From assembly GCA_937625935.1 (NCBI GenBank), contig OW569377.1:310001-374000 (forward strand): a stretch of 64,000 nucleotides of DNA, given 5' to 3'. The stretch comes from Tetramitus jugosus. Lineage: Eukaryota > Protista > Heterolobosea. The translations under genes and the position numbers were made by a program. The notes beneath the pieces were generated by a model. It was given only the letters and a program-made list of their open reading frames with translations. It did not search any database and was not told the DNA's origin. Shown here one piece after another: positions 31,501 to 43,683 of this stretch (the stretch's first letter is position 1; the number at the start of each line of letters is the position of its first letter).

Positions 31501-31917
31501 AATGGTCGTTCGTTGTGCCCTCTCGAGTTGTTCAATCTGCTCAGAACGCTTCTGACGGTCATGACTTGACGATTCTTGTGGCGTCGAAGGGTATTCCTCA
31601 TCGGGCCGCCGTACATGCTTCTTTTGCGCCAAAATCATCTCCAGCAATTTCTCCTTGTACCGTCGATTGAACATGCCACAGCAAGGTTGCAAGAAGAGCA
31701 CATAACCAGAAACAAGCAAAAATGCCAGAATAATATTAATGTAAAATGTGACGTCTACTCCACCATCTCTGAGCTTATCGAAAAAATCGGTAGAATTCTT
31801 GGTTGCATTGTTCGCTTCCACAAGAAAACTATCGACAATAAATTGGGAAATGTCCTTTGTGTTTGCCGATGGCATTGTGGATGCAAATGCCCATTTATTC
31901 TCGTATGAATCATCCAT
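28540..31917 (-). CDS. OSCA/TMEM63/CSC1 family calcium-permeable stress-gated channel
   Basis: Multi-TM 1125-aa ORF with YVFFQQMLI...LLPVHLTG, GFGIIVFDT, PEDMEMNNI and YAYMHWVLSITLAYSLFSPAVLPCGLLYFVYKYFIDR (RSN1_7TM-type). Confidence 0.88.
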   Translation of the reverse strand: MDDSYENKWAFASTMPSANTKDISQFIVDSFLVEANNATKNSTDFFDKLRDGGVDVTFYINIILAFLLVSGYVLFLQPCCGMFNRRYKEKLLEMILAQKKHVRRPDEEYPSTPQESSSHDRQKRSEQIEQLERAQRTTITLNAASKSKNADSELSVEDGEVIDSSPVVSNEQNTISSPQTVSFATEPTEIVVEESSKPLRRAYNKVVLFLRKFVKFWVNRIVFLWVTLMTLIIPSMRHRDRDRLTEKYGRDMAAYVFFQQMLIFALGACSLIGLGSLLPVHLTGTLPPDVDRSSSTFLLRTSVNMRLKEPNILYLHVGLTILFILLFFMFGIVRFLCHPIIRTINYESADDEKFCSTDFDENYLVKMTDWNTVRPLWARMTMLGMSVARTKEELDSSTNSVFLASPFCVSIRGIPPLMNQQAFLDIVHSAAKCVSDKQLDNHILKAVLIPDLRKRVELENRLILLKEQLEHVQYEMRRKKDNSPVSVLSCCGRDVFDGGKFHVRRSYDAIEYYTKHIEYLERDIAQWDALYARTYMVQNAKQGESSFIKPAENLFYESMVATKKIKPPKSSGFGIIVFDTVEAARSFCRYYRFRGLRIEQKEIENTLSVVKGIPFLKNKKTKEITPLDIPLVEVNPDEMEKNEDESQNTESQLISDTLVKIKKIQFDVTEKGKSTAANLIRRLDYFSFFSLRISRLDFEPEDMEMNNIFGFRDGGLVYFIRRVLIHIFLIIVFVLFCSPLSIASGVQSFLNLKFITISTAWLLRLTGTVGNLIFQYIPSLVVLIASSIMPSIIYFTAINSKNNTHGFVQRKIVERSYIYLVLSTLIIPSILLTSFDGIVKYFTGNEIWEKAFQNLFLPASGSFFINILLQKGLLKNSLDLYRIPNLIFYVIDIRFAQKIWRRISPKIARYMTAVEKLKAAEQTALYLEYEYAYMHWVLSITLAYSLFSPAVLPCGLLYFVYKYFIDRAIINDTYGHRRHISFNGATLGFKSDFLNHQRMAIMNVRILLGNCFIFVAFQCFFYGSKIVADKRFIPHTVIMASLALLLLVCIPLVSLLHWLIRKRNVWRNNYKNKDENHKTIPVDTVTKWYEPATPYKYIPLMTQRRSQSTVEESAQSEHKLGVSLD

Positions 31918-32666
31918 TTATCTCAGCCTATCAATCTATCGCCACACTTGACTTGACCAAAGCCTTTTTTCTTTTGTTTTCTTGTTCCTTGTGTGTGGGA
32001 CTCTATCAACGAATCTCTTTGTTGCTTGGTGAGTTTCCAGGGTACTTACGAACAACCTTTCCAAGAATTTTTTTTAACAGGCACAGAACGGATAGACGTT
32101 TGAGAGCTCCATGAAAGACATGGAAAGGGCAGAAAAACATCCAGCTTCCGAAAATCCGACACCCGACACCGGACTTGCGCATAGTTAAAAAAATCTTGAC
32201 GAGAAGTGGTCAATTTTCAGTGCCTGTTTATCCTTCCTTATGACTTGTTTCGGTCATTCGTTATTTGAGTCAGATCGTCGCTGAGAAAACGAAAACGACA
32301 AGGACGAGATTCAAATAACGAAAGACCCAGTTCACTTTTACCAAGATGATTCTTCTCAATGCGAAAAATAAGCACTCTCACTTTGCGCGTTAAAAAAGAT
32401 GGAATCTTGGCAGATGTCATCAAAGCGCATTACACATCATATCATTTCTCCGAGTTATAGGATCAAAAGGAGCACTTGGGAATTCATCCTGGTTTGCGAC
32501 ACGCCTTCACCGACGAAACCACGAAAAAAGCAAACGAAAAAAAAAGCAAAAAGCTTCCACCAAAAACGAACCAACAACAGCAGTAACAACACCACCAACC
32601 ACAACAACCCCTCTCAAAAAGGGATCTCACTCCAACCAAAAAAAAAACATACTCACACAAAGCAAC

Positions 32667-35614
32667 ATGACGTCCACTACTCCTGCTTCTGCTTCCACTT
32701 CTAGTCACTCTCCTGTTGTTCAAAGGCTTGCTGTAGCCAATGAATCCGTATGGATGGATATTGGTATGTTGTTGATCACCATCACCAATGATCACAATCA
32801 CCACCACATCAATGATCACGCAATTCTCAACCAAAAAAAATTTTATTTTTTTGATTTTTTTTTCTGTGTGTCCAAACGAACTCGTTTTTTCAATGAACTT
32901 ACACACACCACTACGATTACTACTATTTTTGTTACCACTCTCACACAGGTCGATTGGCAGAACAAATGAATGACACTGATAAGGCACTACACGCCTTTGA
33001 AAGTGCTCTCCGTCACAATCCAAACAACATGAAGGCTCTCACTCAGATTGCGGGCATTTACAGAGCACGTGATCAATATGATAAGGCAGTCACATACTAC
33101 AAGAAGGCATTGAGTGTCGATGGAGACAATTCAGAGATTTGGGGCTCATTGGGTCACTGTTTCCTAATGATGGATGACCTTCATAAAGCCTACTCAAGTT
33201 ATCATCAAGCAGTGTACAATGACAAGTTACAAAACAAGGGCAAACAAGATCCACAGTTATGGTACGGAATAGGTATCTTGTATGAACGATATGGATCATT
33301 GGAGAATGCAGAAGAAGCGTTCACGACAGTGTTGAAGGAAGATCCTAATTTTGACAAGAATAATGAAATTTATTTTAGGATTGGTATCATTTATAAGCAA
33401 CAGCAAAAGTATGATCAGAGTCTGGAGTGTTTCAGTCATATTTTGTCGAATCCGCCCACTCCATTGACACAGCCTGATGTTTGGTTCCAGATTGGTCATG
33501 TTCATGAGCTGAAGAAGGATGTAAGTGATCGCTTATGCACACGCACTTTTTTTGCTTGTGATTTTTGTGTGTGCACATGTGCTGACTCTTTTTTTTTTGT
33601 TGTTGTTGATTATGATGAAAAACAATGATAATGAACTGAAAAACAAACAATACAGTTTGAAGAGGCAAAGAGATCCTACGAATATGTTCTCAAATTCAAC
33701 CCTACTCATGCCAAAGTGTTGCAACAATTGGGTTGGTTGTATCACATGAATCAACAATTTGGAAATCAAGATGTTGCCATTGGTTACTTGCAGAGATCGA
33801 TCGAGGCAGATGCGACCGATGGACAAACATGGTACTTGTTGGGTCGTTGCTTCATGGCTCAACAAAAGTATAGATTGGCCTATGACGCATATCAACAAGC
33901 AGTGTTCAGAGATGGACGCAATCCTACTTTTTGGTGCTCTATTGGTGTTCTGTACTATCAGATTAGTCAGTATAGAGATGCATTGGATGCGTATAGTAGA
34001 GCCATTCGATTGCATCCTTATTTGAGTGAAGTTTGGTTCGATTTGGGCACATTGTACGAGACGTGCAGTCAAATTCCTGATGCTCTCGATGCCTATCAAC
34101 GCGCTGCCGACCTGGATCCAAAGAATATGCAAATCCTTCAACGATTGAACATGTTGAGAAGTCAAGCAATGAAACCAGGTGGAATGGAAGGAAAGTCACA
34201 AAATGGATTGGCGCCTATTCAGTCAACATTGGACAGCGGAGTCAATCCAATGAGTATTCCATCTCGAGGACCCAATGGACCTAGCTATGGAGGTCCTCCT
34301 CATGATCTGCCTATGCCGAGGTCTGGTCCAATGGGCGGTGGTTATAATGATATGGGCAGAGGAGGTCCACCTCCTATGCCATCTCACGGCGGAGGACCAC
34401 CATCTGGTGTGCCTTCACAGCAAGGTTACAGTGGATCACAATTGCCATCGATGAACTCTGGTCCTCCACCATTGAACTCGATGGGCAATGGCCCACCACA
34501 GACCAACTCACCATATGGTGGAATGAGTGCAAACGCACCAAGCGGACCGTACTCTCATCAATATTCTCAGCAGGGACCACCTAATCCTCGTGGGGCACCA
34601 CCAGGAGGTATGGGTATGGGTGGACCACCAGGTAATAGAAACGAACCTTCTCCCTATCCTAGCATGAAGAATCAACCTCCACCACCATCATCTGGAATTG
34701 CACCGCCACCGCTCTCCTCAAATGGATCCTATAGCAATTATCAAGGACCTCCACCAAGCATGCATCAGCAAGGAGGTCCTTCTCCCAAGCCATCTCACAT
34801 GCAACAGCAAGGATCTTCTCATCATCATCCTCATCATGGTGGCTCTGGACCCTATGGCCCACCGCCATCAAAGGGTGGTCCCTATGGCCATGATTCCTAT
34901 GGTCCACCACCTTCGAGAATGAGCCCTCAGCCTCCAGCATCATCCATGCAGGGAGCACACTTGCCTCCACCTATGCATCACAATCAGCCACCTTCTCAGC
35001 AACAACAACAACAACAGCAAGGACCTCCTCACGGACACTTGCCTCCTCAACAGACAATACCTCCCATGCAACCATCACCTTCTTCTCATGCACCACCACC
35101 ACCACACATGGGCATGTCTACGTCACCACATTCCGCCTCTGGAGCACCAGTAGATTCTCATTTAAAGAGATCTTTTGATCAAGACAACTCTCAAGTACCA
35201 AAGAGACCAAAGTTAGCTCATACTGGAGCAAATCCACCAAAGAATCGCGGTGGTACCATGGACGACGACGAAGAGGAAGATGACGAAATGGTGATCAATG
35301 ATGAAGATGAAGGCAATGATCGCAACGGAGGTGGTTCAAGAAGAAGAACACCAACATCATCCTCTGTTCCACCTGGTCCCTACAACCAATCCAATGATCG
35401 AAGAACCACAGTTCAGCAGGACGACAACTCATACTTGCACAGCAACAGTCGCAGTCGCTTCGTCAGCAAGAAGAACAAGATTCGCTCGGAACCACCTTCA
35501 CTCGCTGTCTCTTCCTCTTCATCGGGCGGCAACAAGACAACGGGCAGTGGTGATCAGTCTAATCAACCTTCATCATCAGACAACAACAATAATCCATCAA
35601 AGAATGATGAGTAA
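32667..35614 (+). CDS. CYC8: Ssn6/Cyc8 (Dictyostelium TrfA)-like TPR transcriptional corepressor; introns 32764..32948 and 33521..33655, ~875 aa
   Basis: Spliced frame: ANESVWMDIGRLAEQMNDTDKALHAFESALRHNP..., DPQLWYGIGILYERYGS, WYLLGRCFMAQQKYRLAYDAYQQAVFRDGRNPTFWCSIGVLYYQISQYRDALDAYSRAIRLHPY. A P/G/Q-rich tail follows. Confidence 0.9.
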
Positions 35615-35715
35615 ACGTAAACAACAACAACAAAAAAACAATCTTTTCATGCAGTGTTGTTTTGTTGGGCGGCCAATAACAAATCTACAATCATCAATGA
35701 TATCAGAAACACTAG

Positions 35716-36087
35716 CTAGTACTTTGAACTCGTCGCTTTTAATACCTTGTAGTCTCTAACAACAGGAAACGCCTTACTCATTCTTCCATTGAGCAAAATA
35801 TTCATATTCTTAATCTCTCTCTCTGCTCTCTTAATCTTGTCGTGAATAATGTCAACATCAGTATCGTTTTTACTCGCATGAAACTCCTCCCTTATCGTAT
35901 CAATCAGATAATCCCTTACATTGTCATATTGCAATTGTTGTTGTTGTTGTTGTTTACTGCTAATGTTGTTGGGTCGATGGGTCATGGTCACTTCAAAAAT
36001 GGGCCATTGATAGGCAGTGCGTAACAGTGATCGATAGGCGGAGAGAACTTTGGTTCGGCGCAGAGAGCTGCTTGCTAACTGAGACAT
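35716..36087 (-). CDS. LYR-motif (Complex1_LYR) mitochondrial protein
   Basis: KVLSAYRSLLRTA...WP...RDYLIDTIREEFHASKNDTD..I...IKRAE. Confidence 0.8.
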   Translation of the reverse strand: MSQLASSSLRRTKVLSAYRSLLRTAYQWPIFEVTMTHRPNNISSKQQQQQQLQYDNVRDYLIDTIREEFHASKNDTDVDIIHDKIKRAEREIKNMNILLNGRMSKAFPVVRDYKVLKATSSKY

Positions 36088-36208
36088 TTTTTCTTCTTTT
36101 GTTGTTTTTGATGATGGAGAAATTTTTCGATTGATTGAAGCGGGAGTCGCAGAAAAGACTGGATTTGCCCTCCAAAAAACTCATCAACAGCAACAACATC
36201 AGAGAGAA

Positions 36209-36765
36209 ATGAATCCCCAACAACAACAACAAATTCAACAACAGTTCATGTTGGCTGTTGAGCAATACAATCAATACAATAATCAATTGCAAAAGAATGC
36301 TGATGGTATGGTTTTGTTGTTGTTCATTGTTTTTTGAAGCAAAAAAAAAATCATCATTTTCTTTCTGACTGACACCAAGATCAATCACACAAATGACATC
36401 ACAAATCACATGATCACTCAAAACTATTTCTAGAAATTACATCCAACAGACAAAAGGAAGCTACTGTTTTGGCTCAACTCAATGAAAATCAAATTGTGAA
36501 AAATGAATTTGATTTGTTGAGTGATGATTCTGCCATTTTCAAGCTGATTGGACCAGTGTTGGTCAAGCAAGAGTCATTTGAAGCAAAGGGCAACGTAGAG
36601 AAGCGTATTGAATACCTTCAAAAAGAAGAGCAACGATTGAAGAAGCGTAATGAAGAATTGGAGAAGGAAAATGGAAGTGTTTATGCAAAGATGGCAGGAA
36701 TACAACAATGGATTGTCAAGACTCAACAACAAGTGGCTCAATTGCAACAACAGCAATCTGCTTAA
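36209..36765 (+). CDS. PFDN6: Prefoldin subunit 6; intron 36306..36433, ~142 aa
   Basis: AQLNENQIVKNEFDLL...IFKLIGPVLVKQESFEAKGNVEKRIEYL; splicing restores the N-terminal coiled coil. Confidence 0.9.
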
Positions 36766-36828
36766 ATGCTTTTATTAAAAACAAAAAAATTATTGTAAAA
36801 ATCATTGTTTTTTGTTGATAAAGTTTGG

Positions 36829-38712
36829 TTACAAACTTGAGTTGTGTGGTTCCAACTCGTAAAAGTATCTGAGGTCTTGTCCCGTCTCGTGCACTGCCGA
36901 ACCAAACTTGGAAGCTGGTAATGTGATGGCAATGGTACCGTCACTGTAAATGATGGTTTGATTGTATCCTCGGTCAATCTCACCAAACGAAATTAGTATC
37001 TTTTGGGATTGTGAGGTGTCTGATATGAGTTCCTTCTTCATTCGTTCATCCTTGCACAAGTCGATCATTCTTTGAGAGAAGTGAGACAGGTAACCATTGA
37101 TGACGGTACTGGGCATGTTGACCAGTTGACTCTTTGGTACTTCTTCATCAAAATACATTGCCTCGTAGTCAACTTCGAATTCGTATTGGATCCCTGTGAC
37201 ATCTTCGACATCTTTCAAGTACTTTTTCAGATTTTGTTGATTGTCTCGAATGCCAATGCGTACTATCAGAGGTAACTTGTGTGATGGACAGTTTGCATAA
37301 GTGGTCATTAAGTCGTCACCAATCTTGTCAACATCAATACCGAACTGGGCAGGGTGGACTTGGATGTACAATATCCCAGTTATAATTCGAGTGAAGTACG
37401 ATGACTTACTGATATTGTTTTCACTCCAACAGAATCCAATCTGTTTGGAAGTAGTCAATTCTGCAAAAGCTTCTCTTTGGAGTGGATCCTGCAGGAAGAG
37501 TTCCAGTTTTTCAATCAACACCCGAAGATACTCTTCAATGAACGCGGGTATTCGTTCTCTACAAGAAGATTCAATCCCTTGAACATTGTATAGAGCTTCG
37601 CAATTACAAGTGAACGACATTATACCTACTATCTTGCTTAATTGCTTCAGATGTTCGTTCTTCTTTTCTAACAGCGCCAAAACTCCATTTCTTACATGAG
37701 GGGGCAATAATAATACAGAGTGAGCTGCTACAAGGTCTGCCAATTCAGATCCAGTATCACCCACATTCAATAGAAAATTCTTGGGAGCTACTTGTATTAC
37801 TAGCAGTCCCTCGCGTTGTAGGACTTGTACAAATGGTACAGTTTCAGTGTTGAACTCGAAAATAATCTTCTTTGCATAAACAACTTCGGAAAGAGCTTCC
37901 AAATGTTTGGAATTTTCTGAAACATATGTTACAATACGATCCGATAGACATTTCAAATAGTTGGAGATGATATGCAGTTCCAGATTTCCATGATACTCTT
38001 CCGGAATGTCTTCGAAAGATAAGCATGAGGCTTCATTAAATTCAAACTCGAGATCTAAGCAGGTAAATTGCTTAATTCTTCTTAAACATTCCACTTTTTG
38101 ACGGACTTCCTCTGGTATAGGAGAATCAATCTTCTTCTGTCCAAGTATGCCCAAGACTGTATCAAATATCTTGTTGTTGAGATTGGCAAACGATGTTAGT
38201 TCTTCGGCTGCCGATCTCTTGGTTCGAGCTTTGGCCAACTTGAATGCCTCAAACCAAGCTTCACACTCACGATATGTCTCTGTTGCAATATGAAACTCTC
38301 TCAATTCCTTATCAATAATACTCAGAGTAATTCCGTTGGTGTTCTTAGTACATTCAGGATTCAACTTTACATCTACCACTTCATAGAAATCAATGATACC
38401 CAAAGGTTTTTGATTATGTTTCTTTGTTTCCTTGGTGTAGTACGAGAGAATAGAGCACTCCAAACCAGAGTAGTACTGCAGAATAAAGTACCGCTTCTTC
38501 CAAGATTTAACTCTTGATCCCTCCTTCCACAAGTAACCGTCCCTCAGTGTGCTCGTTTCTCTCTCAACAAAAGCGACTTGAATCTCATGGTTCATGGGAG
38601 AGTCTAGTTCACTGTCGACATCATACGGTGATGATGTCATCATTCTCATATCTTCAAGAGCATAGGCACTCTGATAAATGTCTTCACCATTTGGAAATTC
38701 AATCTCTTCCAT
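36829..38712 (-). CDS. PH-domain protein with three tandem ~140-aa C-terminal repeats
   Basis: PH domain LRDGYLWKEGSRVKSWKKRYFIL...PLGIIDF...ECEAWFEAF. Repeats end in NFLLNVGDTGSEL / QFGIDVDKIGDDL / KFGSAVHETGQDL. Confidence 0.85.
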   Translation of the reverse strand: MEEIEFPNGEDIYQSAYALEDMRMMTSSPYDVDSELDSPMNHEIQVAFVERETSTLRDGYLWKEGSRVKSWKKRYFILQYYSGLECSILSYYTKETKKHNQKPLGIIDFYEVVDVKLNPECTKNTNGITLSIIDKELREFHIATETYRECEAWFEAFKLAKARTKRSAAEELTSFANLNNKIFDTVLGILGQKKIDSPIPEEVRQKVECLRRIKQFTCLDLEFEFNEASCLSFEDIPEEYHGNLELHIISNYLKCLSDRIVTYVSENSKHLEALSEVVYAKKIIFEFNTETVPFVQVLQREGLLVIQVAPKNFLLNVGDTGSELADLVAAHSVLLLPPHVRNGVLALLEKKNEHLKQLSKIVGIMSFTCNCEALYNVQGIESSCRERIPAFIEEYLRVLIEKLELFLQDPLQREAFAELTTSKQIGFCWSENNISKSSYFTRIITGILYIQVHPAQFGIDVDKIGDDLMTTYANCPSHKLPLIVRIGIRDNQQNLKKYLKDVEDVTGIQYEFEVDYEAMYFDEEVPKSQLVNMPSTVINGYLSHFSQRMIDLCKDERMKKELISDTSQSQKILISFGEIDRGYNQTIIYSDGTIAITLPASKFGSAVHETGQDLRYFYELEPHNSSL

Positions 38713-38903
38713 GGTAATGATGATTGCATAAGCAACAACAAGAAATCATAATCGCACTATTTCGTGGAAAACAGATTTCTCACGTGTAGAACCTTCGCCG
38801 GGAACGCGCAGTAGTCGGAGTCGGTCATTTACTGAAATTACAGCTTTTTGGGGAGCCATGAAAAAGTGTTTTTATGTTATACAAATGTGTTGTTACAATA
38901 GTT

Positions 38904-40708
38904 TTACACATTAATGGAATCTGCGCTACTTGCCGTTGGAGGAATGTCAATGGTTTTCTTTGCAGGAGGTCTCTTTCCATTTCTTTTTGGACCACTGGTT
39001 TTCTTTGCCATCGTGAGCCTCCCAGAATCATCCATCTCGTTCAAGTCAACAACTGTAGTCTTAAGAACGTTTGATGGTGGTTCTTCGACTGCTTCAACCT
39101 TTGGTTTAGGTTTTGGTGCATTAGGATTTGGTCCAAAACCAATCATTGGCTTCTTGTTATTGCTGGCAGAAGATTTACACTCCTTCTCAAGTTCTACAGG
39201 ATCAGCCCAAGTATCAACATGGTTCTCGAATTGCATCTTTAACCGTTCACACCTTTGTAAAAATTGCTTGCACACATCAATAAAGTCATTGGCCAAAAAC
39301 TCCACCTTGTTCTTCTTCTCATAGCTAAGCATAATGAGAGAGGTGAAAGGTTAGTACGTTCTTACTAGCAAACAACCAACCGCACACTCGATATCAACAA
39401 AGAATAAACAACAACAACAACAACATACTCGATCGTTAAAAAGTTTGTTCGACTCTGGACCGTCAAAGCAGTCAACTTGTCGTATGCGATCACAATTTCA
39501 GACTTGTCAGACTTTGGTTTGTTCTTGGCATCACCACCAGAAACTGAAGGCTTCTTAATAACAACATCAGACACTCCAAATGATAGCTCACGATCAACAA
39601 CTACACAAAAGACAAGCAAAAAGAAGCAAGAACAGAAAAAACAATGAGCATGAGAAACATCTTCCCATCGACACTGAAGCTAACAAAGGACAGAAACAAT
39701 AGAACACATACATGTCGAATCATTGAGCTTCAAAACTACACCTAGTGGCTTCGAAGCCTTATTAGCACCCATCTTTGTTGGACCTCCACCACCAAAGTTA
39801 ATATCAAGAGCTTTTGCCTTCTCACTAATAGCACTTGTTTTCTTGTCCTTTGTTGACGAATTTTTGCTGTTTGCATTCGCGTCACTCGTCGCTGATGCTG
39901 CAGCTTCTTCCTTTCGTTCCTTTGATGTTTTTTCAATGTTGATCACGAGTTCCTTGTCGACGTGAGAGACACCCAATGACAACAGAGAACTGTTGCTGAC
40001 CATGAAGCTCTGAGATTGACGAATACGATGCAATTGACGCACTAAGCTAACAATTGATTTCAGAGAAGTTAAGCTAGTGAACTTCATGAGTCGTTCTTCG
40101 TCTTCTGTAGCAGCTTGATCACCACTGCCCAGATAGATTAGCTTTAGAGTGAGAGAGTTATGATCAGCGTCCAACTGCTTCAATCGCTCATATGGCAAGA
40201 GAAAGTTCTTTTGCTTTCGAATTTTGTGACTCGTGCAAATGTGTCGCTGTGTTACGAGAAACTTTGTCTTCATGAGACGACCATACTGGAAGCAAGCAAT
40301 TGATAATTCATCAGTCAAGTGAAACGCCTTGTACAACAGAGGGTCCAAAGCTCCACTGCTAGAAACAGAATTCTTTCTCTCTAGCACTGGAGAATCCGTG
40401 GCAGCTGTAGTTGTTGTATTTGGCGCGCTTTTCGCTTCAGTCGGAGTTTTTGTCGTCGAGTTTCTATTTTCTTTTTTGGAGCTGTTGTCTACAGCGATGG
40501 GGGTAGGTGGTCTCGTTGCCGATTTTCGATCACCACCCGATTCTCCGCTGTCACTTGCCGTACTATTTTTTCGAATGACAACATCATCCACATCATCGGG
40601 AGCTCCAGTGTCAGTCAATGGAGTGGTCGGTGGCTGCAGTTGATTGCTGTTTCGAGAGGGTTTAGTTGGTGGTGGCGCAGGTGGCTGTTCACTCGTCGAT
40701 TTGAACAT
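38904..40708 (-). CDS. Hypothetical protein, 3 exons (introns 39601..39711 and 39325..39428), ~529 aa; possibly two PH-like modules
   Basis: GTATGT donors and a TACTAAC branch site in intron 2. Splicing joins three ORF-track fragments in frame (DST|FVDRELSF; LTI|DYEKKNK). Confidence 0.7.
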
Positions 40709-40966
40709 TTGTTGAGTTGGTGGTGTGATGCTGATTGTTTTTTCTTGGGATTATTTTTGTGTTTGTTGTTTCTCGTCTGTGTTGTTCGACAGACACATGT
40801 GCAACACGCGCACACTCTTGAGAAGAGTTAAGCCGCCACAAGTGTCGCGTGTCAAATGTCAAAAACAGTCAGCTACGATAACGATTGGTGAAGGATTGGT
40901 GGGATAGAGCGACTTTTGACCACAGAGGATATCTCCAAATTTGATGGATAATAACTTAGGAGTGTT

Positions 40967-42848
40967 TTAATGGGAGGAGATTGAAAAGTCTTGATTGGTT
41001 AGAACTGGTTCGTTTCCGCATGCTTTGGTGGGGGAGTATGGTGATGGAGGAAGGACATGTTCTTGTTGCTCGATAGACTTGTTGCTGTGATGGTGTGCTT
41101 CTTCTTTGGGGGAATCTAGCTTGTTGTCACTCGCAGTTGTCGTTTTGGCAATAGGGTCATCGAATATGGGAGGAGACACAGACAATACTTTCTTCTTTTG
41201 ATTGTTCCGTCTGTGTTGTTTGGATTTCTTAACATAGATGATTGAATTGCTTAGTAGATTGTGCTGATGATGAGAATGGTAGCTGTCAAAGTAATGAGGG
41301 CTATAGTAACCACTGCCACCACTACTGCCTCGATCGCTGCTGGGCGAACTGTACGAGCTCTTCCGGGTAGGTGTCACAACGCCTTTTTTGCCCTTCTTTG
41401 GGATGGGAGAAGGGTTGTTGCTGCCGCTGCTACTACTACTGTTATAATGATACACTTGTTGTTGTTCTTCGAGCAACTCTAGTTGATATTGCTCCGAATA
41501 CGATGGATCGTAATGTTCCTCTGGTATGAATAGTCCATTCTTGTAAGGTGAAACAGGAGAGGGTGACGCCTTATAGTATGGTGACATTTTTGCAGGAGGA
41601 CTCCGGTACGTTTGATACGCTTGATACTCATAGCTTACCGTCGATGATGGTGATGCTGTTGGAGAATGGTAGTTCAAACTGTTATTGTTACTATTATTAC
41701 TATTATTACTGTACATGATGAAGTCCGTATGATCGCCATTTCCATTACCACTACCACTACTATTGCTGTTATGATATGATAAATCTGGTGAGTGATGATA
41801 CGAGTGATAGTGGTGATAATGAGGAGGATAGTGACCATTGTTCGTGGGAGACGATGACATCATTGTCGTGTGTTGCTGCTGCTGATGATTTCTCTGATGA
41901 ATTCGATTCATATTGAAATCCTTTTGGAAGGAAGCGTCTCTGAACGGATCATAGTGCTCATCAATGACAATTGGATTGCGAAACGAGTGTCCATTCTCCA
42001 ACAGCACAGATATCAACTCACAAATTGTTAAACAGTCTGATATTCCACTGTGATGCCTTCCACAAAACTCAATATTCGCATATTGGACCATGGATTTCAA
42101 CCCGCGTATCACTGCATAGGGAAAACAGGATTGAAACTCTGCTCTCAAATCAAAAAATGTTCGATAGTGACTCTTGAGAGCAATATGCTTCTTTTTGGTC
42201 TCTCGGAGCAACAGTTGCTTCAAATCCCATTGGCCGTCTGTCACCAGTGCAAATCGTCTCTTTTTCTGCTTTTGCTTCAACGAAACAGAATCCATTTTTT
42301 CTCCTCTGTCACTTCCATTGTAATCTTGCTGTTCTTCTTCTTCTTCCTTATCATAAAAATTCTCCTTCAAATATTGATCAAACAAATCAATGACGTGCTT
42401 GAGAGGCATTCCACGCTCGTTAATAATATCATTTGTAATTCCAGTGAGCTCCGTACAAAAACTAGTGAGTTCACTTGACCATTCTGGCTTTACAAAATAT
42501 TGCTTCTTGTCCACTACTTGCATGTATCGATATTGCTTTTCATTTGATGATGAACAAGCTTGCTGTTGTTCATCTCCATGATTGAGTAACCGAAGAACAA
42601 CAAATGGAAATTCAATCACTTCTTGAGTGTCACTTGTGACCTTTGGTACGGGAACACTATTATCACATGTTGCCTCAAAATCAAGCACAATCAGATAGTC
42701 ATAATCATCTGTTATTTGTACATTATGAAGATGTCGATTTATAGATGAAGAAGTTTGAGTTTTTGTTTTTTAGAGAGAGTGTAAGCTACGAATAGTAGTT
42801 GTGTGACATACGTTGAAAGGAGAAGCTTGGAGTTGTTGGATTTGACAT
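40967..42848 (-). CDS. ERI1/ERI2 (3'hExo)-type DEDDh exonuclease with a low-complexity tail; intron 42709..42811, ~592 aa
   Basis: YDYLIVLDFEATC, EVIEFP, LTSFCTELTGIT, VTDGQWDL, FCGRHHSGISDC. Confidence 0.92.
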
Positions 42849-43683
42849 GTCTCTTCAGTTTATAAATATATTTTTTTGAGTGTGAAGAGTTTTCTCTTTG
42901 CTATAGCAGGATGACGAAACAGATGTTCGTCAATTTTTGTTTGTGAAGAGCGGTGCGGTTTGTTTGTTTGGAGATGTGCGTTATCCAAATGTCGGTCGGC
43001 CAAAGTACTGCTTTTTTTTTGTGCAGCAGCTTCCAAAGTGTTTTTGAAGGGTGTTTATCAGGCCCAGGTCAGTCGGTTGGTTTTTTGTTGTTGAACTTGG
43101 AATAAATTCTCCGAACACTTGATAGGCGGGAAGTTCTGCGTGAGAGTCCAACCGAATGAAATCAGAATGGAAATTCGATTTGGGCATTTTGTCGACTTGG
43201 AAGCTGTAGATGGCAGTTGGGTGACAAAGATTTGAGAGTTTACCCATGCGTGAGGACTTTGATTGAATGATGTTTCCATGGAAGAACAATGTATTCAATA
43301 CACTTACTATCTCAACACCACCTCGGTCCTCCTCTTCACATACTTTGCTTTGGCAATTCAATGATACATTGTATATGCCAAAAGAGTAAAGATGTCTACC
43401 ACGAGAAGCCACGTCAAGCCACAAATTCAAATTCAGCATGCACACCCATTCCGCACAAAGAATCCTATTGTGCGCGATAAATTTCATCCGACGAAAGACA
43501 TTCCAATTCCCCCACAGGCGCGATCTCGCCTACACATTCAACATTCTCTCGCGAGATGCTGGTGTGGACAACCTGGCCTCAATATCGTGATGGATAAAAC
43601 GAGGCAAAGTAGCTTTGTTGTGTTAGCTACTAACAACAACAACAACAACAACAATTCATCTCTAAACAAACACACATAATAAA

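Noticed and set aside
28540-31917. OSCA channel as part of the adjacent SBP-cyclase sensory cluster
   Set aside because: It is single-copy, not part of the duplicated unit, and adjacency alone is not evidence.
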